Part shown: one piece after another, positions 23,614-35,300 of the stretch | How positions within the stretch are numbered: position 1 is the stretch's first letter | Layout of the letters: each line of letters begins with the position of its first letter | Assembly (NCBI RefSeq): GCF_963921235.1 | Contig: NC_086108.1 | Coordinates: 18,848,001 to 18,912,000, forward strand | Source of the DNA: Mobula hypostoma | Lineage: Eukaryota | Length of the DNA stretch: 64,000 nucleotides | Direction of reading: 5' to 3' | Notes under the pieces: generated by a model | The model's input: only the letters and a program-made list of their open reading frames with translations | What the model was told of the DNA's origin: nothing | The model's database searches: none | Translations under genes and position numbers: made by a program

Positions 23614-25889
23614 ACATAGAAACATAGAAAATAGGTGCAGGAGTAGGCCATTCGGCCCTTCGAACCTGCACCGCCATTTATTATGATCATGGCTGATCAT
23701 CCAACTCAGAACCCCGCCCCAGCCTTCCCTCCATACCCCCTGACCCCTGTAGCCACAAGGGCCATATCTAACTCCCTCTTAAACATAGCCAATGAACTGG
23801 CCTCAACAGTTTCCTGTGGCAGAGAATTCCACAGATTCACCACTCTCTGTGTGAAGAAGTTTTTCCTAATCTCGGTCCTAAAAGGCTTCCCCTCTATCCT
23901 CAAACTGTGACCCCTCGTTCTGGACTTCCCCAACATCGGGAACAATCTTCCTGCATCTAGCCTGTCCAATCCCTTTAGGATCTTATACGTTTCAATCAGA
24001 TCCCCCCTCAATCTTCTAAGTTCCAACGAGTACAAGCCCAGTTCATCCAGTCTTTCTTCATATGAAAGTCCTGCCATCCCAGGAATCAATCTGGTGAACC
24101 TTCTTTGTACTCTCTCTATGGCAAAGATGTCTTTCCTCAGATTAGGGGACCAAAACTGCACACAATACTCCAGGTGTGGTCTCACTAAGGCCTTGTACAA
24201 CTGCAGTAGTACCTCCCTGCTCCTGTACTCGAATCCTCTCGCTATAAATGCCAGCATACCATTTGCCTTTTTCACCGCCTGCTGTACCTGCATGCCCACT
24301 TTCAATGACTGGTGTATAATGATACCCAGGTCTCGTTGCACCTCCCCTTTTCCTAATCGGCCACTATTCAGATAATAATCTGTTTTCCTATTTTTGCCAC
24401 CAAAGTGGATAACTTCACATTTATCCACATTAAATTGAATCTGCCATGAGTTTGCCCACTCACCCAACCTATCCAAGTCACCCTGCATCCTCTTAGCATC
24501 CTCCTCACAGCTAACACTGCCACCCAGCTTCGTGTCATCCGCAAACTTGGAGATGCTGCATTTAATTCCCTCATCCAAGTCATTAATATATATTGTAAAC
24601 AACTGGGGTCCCAGCACTGAGCCTTGCGGTACCCCACTAGTCACCGCCTGCCATTCTGAAAAGGTCCCGTTTATTCCCACTCTTTGCTTCCTGTCTGCTA
24701 ACCAATTCTCTATCCACATCAATACCTTACCCCCAATACCGTGTGCTTTAAGTTTGCACACTAATCTCCTGTGTGGGACCTTGTCAAAAGCCTTTTGAAA
24801 ATCCAAATATACCACATCCACTGGTTCTCCCCTATCCACTCTACTAGTTACATCCTCAAAAAATTCTATGAGATTCGTCAGACATGATTTTCCTTTCACA
24901 GATCCATGCTGACTTTGTCCGATCATTTCACCGCTTTCCAAATGTGCTGTTATCACATCCTTGATAACTGACTCCAGCAGTTTCCCCACCACCGACGTTA
25001 GGCTAACCGGTCTATAATTCCCCGGTTTCTCTCTCCCTCCTTTTTTAAAAAGTGGGGTTACATTAGCCACCCTCCAATCTTCAGGAACTAGTCCAGAATC
25101 TAATGAGTTTTGAAAAATTATCACTAATGCATCCACTATTTCTTGGGCTACTTCCTTAAGCACACTAGGATGCAGACCATCTGGCCCTGGGGATTTATCT
25201 GCCTTCAATCCCTTCAATTTACCTAACACCACTTCCCTACTAACATGTATTTCACTCAGTTCTTCCATCTCACTGGACCCACTGTCCCTTACTATTTCTG
25301 GAAGATTATTTATGTCCTCCTTAGTGAAGACAGAACCAAAGTAATTATTCAATTGGTCTGCCATGTCCTTGCTCCCCATAATCAATTCACCTGTTTCTGT
25401 CTGCAGGGGATCTACATTTGTCTTTACCAGTCTTTTCCTTTTTACATATCTATAAAGCTTTTACAGTCCGTTTTTATGTTCCCCGCCAGTTTTCTCTCAT
25501 AATCTTTTTTCCCCTTCCTAATTAAGCCCTTTGTCCTCCTCTGCTGAACTCTGAATTTCTCCCAGTCCTCAGGTGAGCCACTTTCTCTGGCTAATTTGTA
25601 TGCTACTTCTTTGGAATTGATACTATCCCTAATTTCTCTTGTCAGCCACGGGTGCACTACCTTCCTTGATTTATTCTTTTGCCAAACTAGGATGAACAAT
25701 TGTTGTAGTTCATCCATGCAACCTTTAAATGCTTGCCATTGCATATCCACCGTCAATCCTTTAAGTGTCATTTGCCAGTCTATCTTAGCTAATTCACGTC
25801 TCATACCTTCAAAGTTACCCCTCTTTAAGTTCAGAACCTTTGTTTCTGAATTAACTATGTCACTCTCCATATTAATGAAGAATTCCACC
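23614..25889 (-). mobile_element. Young 5'-truncated CR1 LINE nested in an older CR1
   Basis: Stop-free 559-aa RT ORF plus upstream ORF 25442-25891, separated by one 1-bp frameshift near 25455; tail (TTTCTATG)n at ~23614-23630; older CR1 3'UTR continues on both sides. Confidence 0.97.
23706..25385 (-). CDS. CR1 ORF2 reverse transcriptase portion (559 aa, transposon-encoded)
   Basis: SPGPDG, NYRPVSLTS, YLDFQKAFDKVPH, SGVPQGSVLGP, FADDTK, FFTQRVVNLWNSLP. Confidence 0.92.
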   Translation of the reverse strand: MIMGSKDMADQLNNYFGSVFTKEDINNLPEIVRDSGSSEMEELSEIHVSREVVLGKLKGLKADKSPGPDGLHPSVLKEVAQEIVDALVIIFQNSLDSGLVPEDWRVANVTPLFKKGGREKPGNYRPVSLTSVVGKLLESVIKDVITAHLESGEMIGQSQHGSVKGKSCLTNLIEFFEDVTSRVDRGEPVDVVYLDFQKAFDKVPHRRLVCKLKAHGIGGKVLMWIENWLADRKQRVGINGTFSEWQAVTSGVPQGSVLGPQLFTIYINDLDEGIKCSISKFADDTKLGGSVSCEEDAKRMQGDLDRLGEWANSWQIQFNVDKCEVIHFGGKNRKTDYYLNSGRLGKGEVQRDLGIIIHQSLKVGMQVQQAVKKANGMLAFIARGFEYRSREVLLQLYKALVRPHLEYCVQFWSPNLRKDIFAIERVQRRFTRLIPGMAGLSYEERLDELGLYSLELRRLRGDLIETYKILKGLDRLDAGRLFPMLGKSRTRGHSLRIEGKPFRTEIRKNFFTQRVVNLWNSLPQETVEASSLAMFKRELDMALVATGVRGYGGKAGAGF

Positions 25890-28800
25890 ACCCAATGAAT
25901 TGCCCTCCACAGCTGGTTGTGTCAAGGGTCGCCACCCTCTGACAAAAGAAGTTCCTCTTCATCTCCATTCTAAGAGGATATTTCTCTATTCTGACGTTGT
26001 GCTCTCTGGTCTTAGTCTGTCCCACTGTAGGAAACATCCTGTCCACATCCTCTCTACCCAGGCCTTTCAACATTCAATAGGTTTCAATGAGATTCTTCTA
26101 AATTACAGCAGGTACTGGCCCAGAGCCATCAAACACTCCTCATATGCCTTTCATTTCTAGAATCATTTTGAAAACTTCCTTTCTTAGATAAGTGGCCCAA
26201 AACTGGTCACAATAGCCTCACCAGCGCCTTTTAAAGCCTCAGCATTACACCCTTGCTTGTATATTCTAGTTCACTCAAAATGCATTTAGCTCCCTCACCT
26301 CCAACTTAACTTGCAAGTTAACCTTTAGGGAATCCTGCGCAAGGACTCCCAAGTCTCTTTCTCGGACTTTTGAATTTTCTCCCCGTTTAGAAAATAGTCT
26401 ACACTTTTATTCCTTCTACCAAAATACATAACCATATACTTCCCGACACCATATTCCATCTGTCACCTCTTTGCTCAGTATCCGAATCTGTCTAAGTCCT
26501 TCTGCAGCCTCCCTGCTTCCTCAACACTACCTACCCCTCCACCTATCTTCATATCATCTGCAAACTTGGTCAGAAAGCCATCTACTCCATCATCCAGATA
26601 ATTAACTTACAACGTAAAAAGTAGTGCTCCGAACACCGACCCATGTGGAACACCATGTCAGCAGCAGCCAATCAGAAAAGGCTCTCTTTATTCCCACTCT
26701 TTGACTCCCGCCTATCAGCCAATGCTCTATCCATGCTGGTATTTTTCCTGTAATACCATGGGCTCTGGCCTTGCTAAGTAGCCTCATGCGAAGCACCTTG
26801 TCAAAGGCCTTCTGAAAATCAAAGTGCACAACATCCACCAATTCTCCTTTATCTATTCTGCTTGTTACTTAGTCAAAGAATTCCAACAGATTTGACAGGC
26901 AAGATTTTCCCTTGAGGAAACCATGCTGACTTTGGCCTATTTTAACATGTGCCTCCAAAACCTCATCCTTAACAATCAACTTCAACATCTTCCAAACCAC
27001 TGAGGTCAAGTTAAGTAGCCTGTAAGTTCCTTTCTTCTGCCTCCCTCCCTTCTTGAAAAGTGGAGTGACATTACAAGTTCCAGTCCTCTGAAACCATGTC
27101 AGAATCTAGTGATTCTAGAAATATCATTACTAATGCCTCCAGAATCTCTTCAACTACCTCTTTCAAAACCCTGGGGTGTAGTCCATCTAGTTCAGGTGAA
27201 TTAACTACCTACCAGCTTCCCAACCATCTTCTCCCTAGTAATAGTACCTGGACTCGCTTCTGACCTCTGATGCTATCGAACATTCAGCATACAGCTAATG
27301 TCTTCTACAGTGAAGATTGATGCAAAATACATATTCACTTCGACCACCACGTCTTTGTTCCTCATTATTACCTTTACAGCATTATTTTTCAGTGGTCTGA
27401 TATCTACTCTCAGCTCTCTTTTACTATTTATATATCTGAAAAACCTTTTGGTATCCTCTTTGATATTATTGGTAGCTTTCCTACATATTTCACCTTTTCC
27501 CTCCTCATGGGTTTTTTAGTTGCCTTCTGATGGTTTTTAAAAGCATTCTGATCCTCTGACTTCCCATTAATTTTTGCTCTATTATTTGCCCTCCCTTTTG
27601 CTTTTATGTTGGCTCTGACTTCTCTTGTCAGCCATGGTTTCATCATCCTGCCATCCTGCCTTTAGAATACTTCTTCTTCTTTGGGATATATCTATCCTTT
27701 ATTGTTGTTCAGTCGTTTGGTCGAATATGACTCTTCATGATCTAGTTGACCATAGGGTCCATAGGGTTTTCATGGCAAGGTACAGAAGTAGATTGCCAGG
27801 CCTTTCTTCTGTGCAGATACTGCTGCTGCCCAGGTTGGGACCCAAATGGGTTTGAACTCAAGATCATCTGCCTTGAAGTCCAGTGCTGATACCACTACAC
27901 CACTTGCTTTATCTATCCTACACCTTCCAAATTGCTCCCAGAAACTCCAGCAAATGGTGGTCTGCCATCATCCCTGCTAATATCCCCTTCCAATCAACTT
28001 TAGCCAGCTCCTCTCTCAATTCCTCTGCAATTTCCTTTACTCCACTGTAATACTAATACATTTGATTTTATCTTCTCCCTCTCTATTTGCAAGGTGAATT
28101 CTATCATATTATGATCACTACTTTCTAAGGATTCCTTTATGTTAAGTTCCTTAATCATAAGACATAGGAACAAAATTGGGCCATCTGACCCATTGAGTCT
28201 GCTCTGCCATGGTATCATGGTGGATCCATTTTTCTTCTCAGCCCCAGTCTCTTGCCTTCTCCCTGTAACCCTTCATGCCCTGACCAATCAAGAATCTATG
28301 AAAAAGCTTCCCAATTCTCTAACTTTCCACTAATTTTTGCTCTATTATATGTCCTCTCTTTGGCTTTTATGTTAGCTTTAACTTCTCTTGCTAGTCATGG
28401 TTATGTCTTCTTGTCTTTAGAATACTTATTCTTCTTTGGGATGTATGTATCTTGTGCCTTCTCTTGTTGCTTCCAGAAATTCCAGCCATTGCTGCTCTGC
28501 CATCATCCCTGCCAGTGTTCTTTTCCAATCAATTCTGGCCAACTCCTCTCTCATGCTACTGTAATTCCCCTTACTCCACTGTAATACTGATACATCTGAT
28601 ATTAGCTTCTCCTTCTGAAATTTCAAGGTGAATTCCATCATATTATGATAACATTCCCCTAAGGGTTCTTTTACCCTAAGCTCTCCAGTCAAATCCAGTT
28701 CATTTCGCAACACCCAATCCAGAATAACTGATCCCTTTGTGGGCTTAACCACAAGCTGCTCTCAAAGGTCATCTTATAGGCATTCTACAATTTCTCTTTC

Positions 28801-29085
28801 TTGAGATCCAAAATCAGCACCAACCTGACTTTCCTAGTCGACCTGCATATTGAAATCCCATGACTATCATAAGCATGGTCTTTTTTACATGCCTTTTCTA
28901 TCTCCTGTTATAACTTGTAGTCCACATCTTTGCTACTTTTTGGAGGCCTATATATATCTCCCATCAGTGTCTTTCTACCCTTGCAGTTTTTTGCTTTACC
29001 CACAAAGATTCTACATCTTCTCATCCATGTCACCTCTTTCTAATGAATTTTTATTTTTCAACAGAACCACCCACTTCCTCTGCCT

Positions 29086-29349
29086 CACACATCAAAGTTG
29101 CTGGTGAACGCAGCAGGCCAGGCAGCATCTCTAGGAAGAGGTACAGTCGACGTTTCAGGCCGAGACCCTTCGTCGGGACTAACTGAAGGAAGAGGTTCAG
29201 TTCTTCTTTCAGTTAGTCCTGACGAAGAGTCTCGGCCTGAAACGTCGACTGTACCTCCTCCTAGAGATGCTGCCTGGCCTGCTGCGTTCACCAGCAACTT
29301 TGATGTGTGTTGCTTGAATTTCCAGCATCTGCAGAATTCCTCGTGTTTG
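29086..29349. mobile_element. Non-autonomous Penelope-type foldback element with hammerhead-like motifs
   Basis: ~108-bp inverted arms (29086-29193 / 29202-29309) with few mismatches; flanked by 14-bp direct repeats CACTTCCTCTGCCT / CACCTCCTCTGCCT; inserted in a CR1 endonuclease region. Confidence 0.8.
29214..29251 (+). ncRNA. Minimal type I hammerhead ribozyme-like motif
   Basis: TAGTC-CTGACGA-AGAGTCTCGGCCT-GAAAC-GTC^GACTG: catalytic core boxes, stem I TAGTC/GACTG, palindromic ACGT stem III, GUC triplet; stem II weakened by a mismatch. Confidence 0.6.
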
Positions 29350-29624
29350 CACCTCCTCTGCCTACCTGGCTGTCCTTTTGATACAACATGTATCCAGCTC
29401 CCAACTATAATCTACTTTCAGCCATGACTCAGTGATGCCCACAACGTCACACCTGCCACTGTCTAACTGTGCTACAAGATCATCTGCCTTATTCCATATA
29501 CTGTATGCATTCAAATATAACACCTTCAGTCCTGTAGTCATCACCCTTTTTGATTTTTTCTCACTACTCTAAATACCCTTATTAATTTACTAAACAATCA
29601 GTTCCATTCATAGATCACCTAGAC

Positions 29625-30811
29625 CAGGGGTACCCAACCTTTTTCGCACTGCGGACCGGTTTCATATTGACAATATTCTTGCAGACCAGCTGGCCAGGGC
29701 AAGGGGGGAGTTGGTGGTAGGGTTGCCAACGAACAAGAGTAGCAGTCAAATATGTTGGGTTTACCTGGAAAAAGACTACAATGACCATGAAGCCTTGCGC
29801 AGGCACCAGTGCACATGTGTGTATGTGCCGATTTTTTTCTACAATTCGTTTTTGGCGATTCTGTTCGGGCTGGTGTTAATCAGGAACGCAATATAGGTGA
29901 TAAGTGGTTAATACACTCAATTTCATTTCTAAAAGGATTTATCTAACGAATTTAATGTTAACACACAGCGCATATTTTCCTCGCATGAATATAGTGATAA
30001 GTCAATTATCAGGGGAGCTTGAAGTAAGTGTTGAACGAACTTCCAGTAGAAGTGGTAGAGGCAGGTTCGATATTATCATTTAAAGAAAAATTGGATAGGT
30101 ATATAGACAGGAAAGAAATGGAGGGTTATGGGCTGAGTGCAGGTCAGTGGGACTAGGTGAGAGTAGCGTTCGGCACAGACTAGAAGGGCAAAGATCGCCT
30201 GTTTCCGTGCTGTAATTGTTATATGGTTACATAAGTCAATAGCATCATAACATTTTAAGTAACGATTGGATATTAAACACACAGCACATATTTTCCCCGT
30301 ATGAACATATAAAATCATTGCAACACAACAATAACGCTGAATCAGTGGGAGCCCTGGGCTTGTTTTCCTGCAGCAAGACGGTCCTATCGAGGGGTGATGG
30401 GAGACAGCGATACTCGAACGGGGTTCCTTATGTCCAGTCTATTCCGCAATTTAGGTTTTGTTGCATTCATTACAGAGATATGTTGGAAATGGAAGTAACG
30501 TTTTCAGTGCTTTCGTGGCTATCTCAGGATATTTAGCCCTGATTTTGATCCGGAGTGCCGGCAGAGATGTTATGTCAAACATACTTTTCAGCCCGCCGTC
30601 ATTTGCAAGCTCGAGGAGTTGATCTCCTTCCCGCTCTGACATGGATGACGCGTGCGTAATGACCTCGTGTGCATTCAAGCTCAACAGTGGGCGTGACAGG
30701 GAATGAGGTGCAGCTGACTCTTATCGCCAAATCATATCATTTCCTCGCGGCCCGGTAGCACATGCCTTGCGGCCCGGCACCAGTCCGCAGCCCGGTGGTT
30801 GGGGACCGCTG
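29625..30811 (-). mobile_element. Deleted hAT-Charlie transposon containing a CR1 3' end (~30033-30230)
   Basis: TIRs CAGGGGTACCCAACC / GGTTGGGGACCGCTG; minus-strand DQLLELANDGGLKSMF..YPEIATKALKTLLPFPT.YLC (hAT dimerisation region); TSD not well preserved. Confidence 0.85.
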
Positions 30812-30834
30812 CTTTATAGGCCAGATTATCCAGG

Positions 30835-31445
30835 CTCAATTCCCACCACTGCCTGTAAGAAGTTTTTATGTTCTCCCCATGACCACATGGATTTCATCCA
30901 AATGCTTCAGTTTCCTTCCACTGTCTATTTGGTTGGTTAAATTGCCCCATGATTTGGCTCAGTTTAAAACGGGAGATTGCTAGGTGGCATGGCTCGAAAG
31001 GCAGGAAGGGCCTATTATTCCATGTTGTATCTCAATAAATACATAAATTTCCAACGTTTTATTTTGGTTTTCAGATGCTGGGGATGTTTGACCCTGATAC
31101 TGGGTGCAGCAGACTTGATAGACATTTGACAGAATTAGAGGAGACAATAATCAAAATCTGTTTACATCTTGGTGGCACAGTGGTAAAGCTGCTATCCATA
31201 CTAACCTCAGATGCTGTCTATGAGTTGGGATGTCACCACATGGATTACCCCCAGGTGCTCCAGTCTCTTCCCACATTCCAATGACATGTGGATTGGTAGA
31301 TTAACTGGCCATTGTAACTTGCCCCTAGTGTATTGGATGGGAACATGGGGATAGTAAGTTACAGAGAAAACTAGTGGTGGAAATGGAACTGCTCAGTGTA
31401 TTGGGATAGACTCAATGGGCTGAATGGCTTCCTGATATGTTATGA
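30835..31445 (+). mobile_element. Two degenerate V-SINE/HE1-like SINE copies
   Basis: TGTTCTCCCCATGACCACATGGATTTC..AAATTGCCCC and GGTGGCACAGTGGT..CCAGGTGCTCCAGT..TTGCCCCTAGTG motifs. Confidence 0.6.
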
Positions 31446-31689
31446 GGAAAGGTGAAAATTGGGAAAGAAGCTCCCTGTTGGAGTGGCTGCTGACAAGGTG
31501 TGTTTTTCAACGTGACTTGACTTTAATCTGTATAAAAAGTCAAGTGGGTTTTTGTTACTGCTTATCTTTGTCCAGAGACCTCCAGGGACTGCAGGTGCAT
31601 GGCAGGAATTTCTATTGTATGCCCAGATCAATAGACTTTGGAATGAAAAGGCTGCCACAGCAGCTCGATCTGGGCCAAATAAGCAGAAT

Positions 31690-32385
31690 TGAGCCTCTGT
31701 GTGTCACGGCCAGCAAACCTGACACCACATCCAAAGTTCCAAGTGGAACAAAAGATGCAAGGTTGTGTGATGTCTTCAACAACCCTGCAGATGGAGCAAC
31801 ACAACAGTACACCTGGTTGAAAGCATGTGGGTCAGACTATTGCAGAGGTTGTCTTTCATATCCAAATTCTCTCTGCTAAAGCTAGCATTATCATTCCAGT
31901 GTACTTCTCTGACCACCACTACCTGCTGGTTGACTGTCAGCCACAGGATGATTAGGGGGTTGGCAAAGGGATAGAGACGTTGAACTTCAAAAAGCTGACC
32001 TATGAGAGCATTGAGCAACAAAGCTCAAGAACCATGAAGCCCAATTTTGATTCTCCAATGCACTGGTGGAAAGCAACTGAGGTGATCACCAAGAAGTCCC
32101 TCAAACCCGAAGGTGTTCAGAAAATAGAACAGAACCAGAAAGAAGTATAACAACTCCAAAAAAGGATGAATCTGCTGCTCTGTTGGTCAACAGGGATGGA
32201 TTTCAAGGAACTGCAAGAGGTAAGAAGAAAGCCACATTCTTTACCCTGAGGTCCTCCATGATTCACTGATCCAGAGTCCACTCTATGGAGATAGACCTTT
32301 TCACATATCTTCTTCTAATGGTACACAGACGGAACTCTGTGATTAACAGCCTTAAGGATGAATACATCAGTAATGGCCTTGCATT
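31690..32385 (+). mobile_element. Old Tx1/L1-like LINE fragment
   Basis: Translated remnants (DVFNNPADGATQQYTW; SDHH.LLVDC; SVINSLKDE) resemble the endonuclease end and linker of Tx1-type ORF2. Confidence 0.45.
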
Positions 32386-35300
32386 CTGATATAGATGATC
32401 ATAGAATCATTAATCACCCATCCCATCCTGGACACTGTCTTTTCAATCTTCTGCCATCTGGTAGGAGATACAGAAACTTCCCAGCCAAGATAGTGAGACT
32501 GAAAATCAGCTTCTTTCCAATGGCTATTGGTGCAGCTGAAAAATGCTATACCCCGGCTTGCTGATTGCCTTTGAGTGTTATGAACTATCCAAGTTACTTG
32601 TTACATGTAAATATGGGATTTTTAAAAAATTAAGCCATACCACATACATTGTAAGTATCTGTTTTGCATGGACTGGAGTAGCAGAACAATCTCGTTGTCT
32701 TCAGCAATGACAATAAAGTTCTATTCTATTCTGTTCTACGCTACACTAGGCTATATGATCCAAAGGATACAGATATTCCAGCGTCCTTGAGTTTCCTACC
32801 CTCTGGCTCAGAGGTTTGAGATAACAAACTTCAGTTAGGCCACACCTGGACTATTGTGTGCAATTCTGGCTGCCCCATTATAGGAAGGATGTGGAGGCTC
32901 AGGTGTGCAGGCAGAAGAGATTAGATGTTATTATCAACACCTAATTTATCAGAATCAGTTTTTATTTTTACTGGCATATGTCATAAAATTTCAGACAAGA
33001 GAAAATCTGCATATGCTGGAAATCCAAGCAACACACACAAAATGCTGGAGAAAATCAGGAGGCCAGGCAGCATGGCAAATAGTACAGTTGACATTTTGGG
33101 CCGAGACCCGAAGTCTAAGTATGCCTGACCTGCTAAGTTCCTCCAGCACTTTGTGTGTGCTGCTATGAAATTTGTTGTTTTAGCTCAATGGGCTGAAGGA
33201 CCTGTTCCTCTATGGTAAAGCACTGCTATACTGAAGCAGCACTCCCCATTGATGATAGTAAGAACATTGTCATCAGGTAATGTGCTCTTGGTACTGCTGT
33301 ATCTGGTACAGGTGTGGCCACTGCCCATAACCGGGTGATAACAATCACCTGAGACCTTTCCTGCTTCAATTGGGGCTCAAACATGGAGAATGATCCAGTA
33401 CATTAATGTAGAAACCTCCAGAGACGGAGAAGAGTGCTGCCAACATGGCCCACATTCTGGTGACTACATCAATCTGTCACAACATGGTACGGTTCTGTAC
33501 ATCCCCGCTGATGTAATGGGTGAGTCTGACTACAGCACTTCAGGACATTGTACACCACCTGAAATTACAATATTTTATTCAGAAGAACACTCCGGATCAG
33601 AAGTCAATCAGCCAGTGATGAGCACAAATCTTGTAGCTTCGAGAAAGATGCTAGATATTGTGGAGTCACTTCCCAATCAGGCTACCAAGGGTGATTGGAA
33701 CTGGAATTCGAGTTAGTTTCTTATTGTCACACGTGCTAAGACATAATGAAAGGCTTGTCTGGGGTGCTGATCAAGTAGAATTCCACATCACCAGCACTTT
33801 CAAACAAACACCAAAGCCTTGCTGAGTTGCTGGGGGGAAAAGACCTGTCTTGGCAGATCTGACACCGTGCGGATTTTGCCCAAATTACACACTGTCCTTA
33901 TGATAGTGGAACTGCGAATGCAAATGTTGCCATGTGTGCTGGAAGGATCTCAGAGGAGATGCAGGAGAATTTGTGAAGACTCATCTCCAAAGGCTGCAAA
34001 GAACAAGGCTAAGTGCTGTATGGGGACACAAGCAAAGGAATAGACAGAAGAAAACATGTCTGAAGACGGAGGGAGGTGGGGGGGGGGGGCGGAACAGAGG
34101 GGACTGTGTTCCAGGATAGAGGCAGGCGGAGCAAAGGGAATTATGTCGCAGGACTGGAATGGACAGGAAGAATCACGTTACAGTGTATAGGTAGATAGAA
34201 ACATTGAGAGCATTGTACTCAGAAACATTGAGAGAAATGTAATATTGTGAGCCAATGGCAGGAGCCCACAGACAGTGAACAGGATTGCAGGGGGGTAATA
34301 AACTGAAGACCAGGTGGTGTGAGGTGTGACAGGTGTTTTCCCACAAGTGTGAAGGAGTGAGGGTGCCCACCAAGAACTTACATCAGCATTCAAAGCTCTC
34401 CGGTTATTTAATTAGTTTATTTCACACCTATTATAAAATCTGTGCTTGTTCTGTAGAGAAGACAGTGGCTGGATTAGGATGCTAATCACAGTTAAACCTG
34501 TGATGTGCTTGAGTGCACATTATGTGCATTACTGAGTTTGAATGAGTCCTTTCCATGGAATAATTGCTGCTGATTTGGGATCAGGTGTTAAGGTAAGGAC
34601 TGATGGGGTTACACAGTAAATATTTTCCACCGAACTGTCATCGGCACTGGGAAAGGCTAGATGTTCTTTGTGTGTCTTTTCTGGCCATATTGGATGGGCT
34701 AGTGATATAAGGCAGCAGATTACATAAGCATATTCCTAGCATGTTTCGTGTTACCTCATCTGATTCTGGTGAACTTTCAAACAGACTTTCAATCCTCATC
34801 ATCCCTGCAGCCACTCCTGCTCCCATGCTGAATCTCCATGCAAGTTGCTCAGGCGTACTCCAAACAAGCATGGTCCACTGCACAATGTGACAGCTTCTCT
34901 ACTTCCAAACTGAATGAACCCAGACCTCCAAATACCTTTGACTGACTGTTGAACGGTCATCAGATATTAACTCTGTTAATATCCTTCAATCTGTATTATA
35001 TATAGAATTTTTTTAGATGACAACCAATGTATCCACTATTCAGTAACTACTTCCTTAATGTTTGAAATGCAGATTATCAGGCCCTGGAAATGATTCGTTT
35101 TCATCCTATAAACTTTCTCCAGCACTATTATTTCACCAATACTAATCTTGTAAATTTCTCCTTTTCCTTAAACTCGATTCCATACCATGTTTGAGAAGTT
35201 ATTTGTTTCACCTCCATGAAGTAGGAAGTTTTAATGCTGTTACATATCCAGCAGACATCTTTGTCCCGGTGCAGTTGAGCATCTGATTACCAAATGGATA

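Larger units (their letters stand above)
25890..29560 (-). mobile_element. Cluster of older CR1 copies (RT to endonuclease), fragmented; host 3'UTR piece also at ~23452-23613
   Basis: DFQKAFDKV (26602-26841), KPWLTREV, SSDHNMIEF, LKVLYLNA..VVGITESWL (29362-29544). Confidence 0.85.

Noticed and set aside
33390..33716. 108-aa ORF in unique-looking sequence
   Set aside because: No recognisable motif, splice context or partner exons; compatible with chance.
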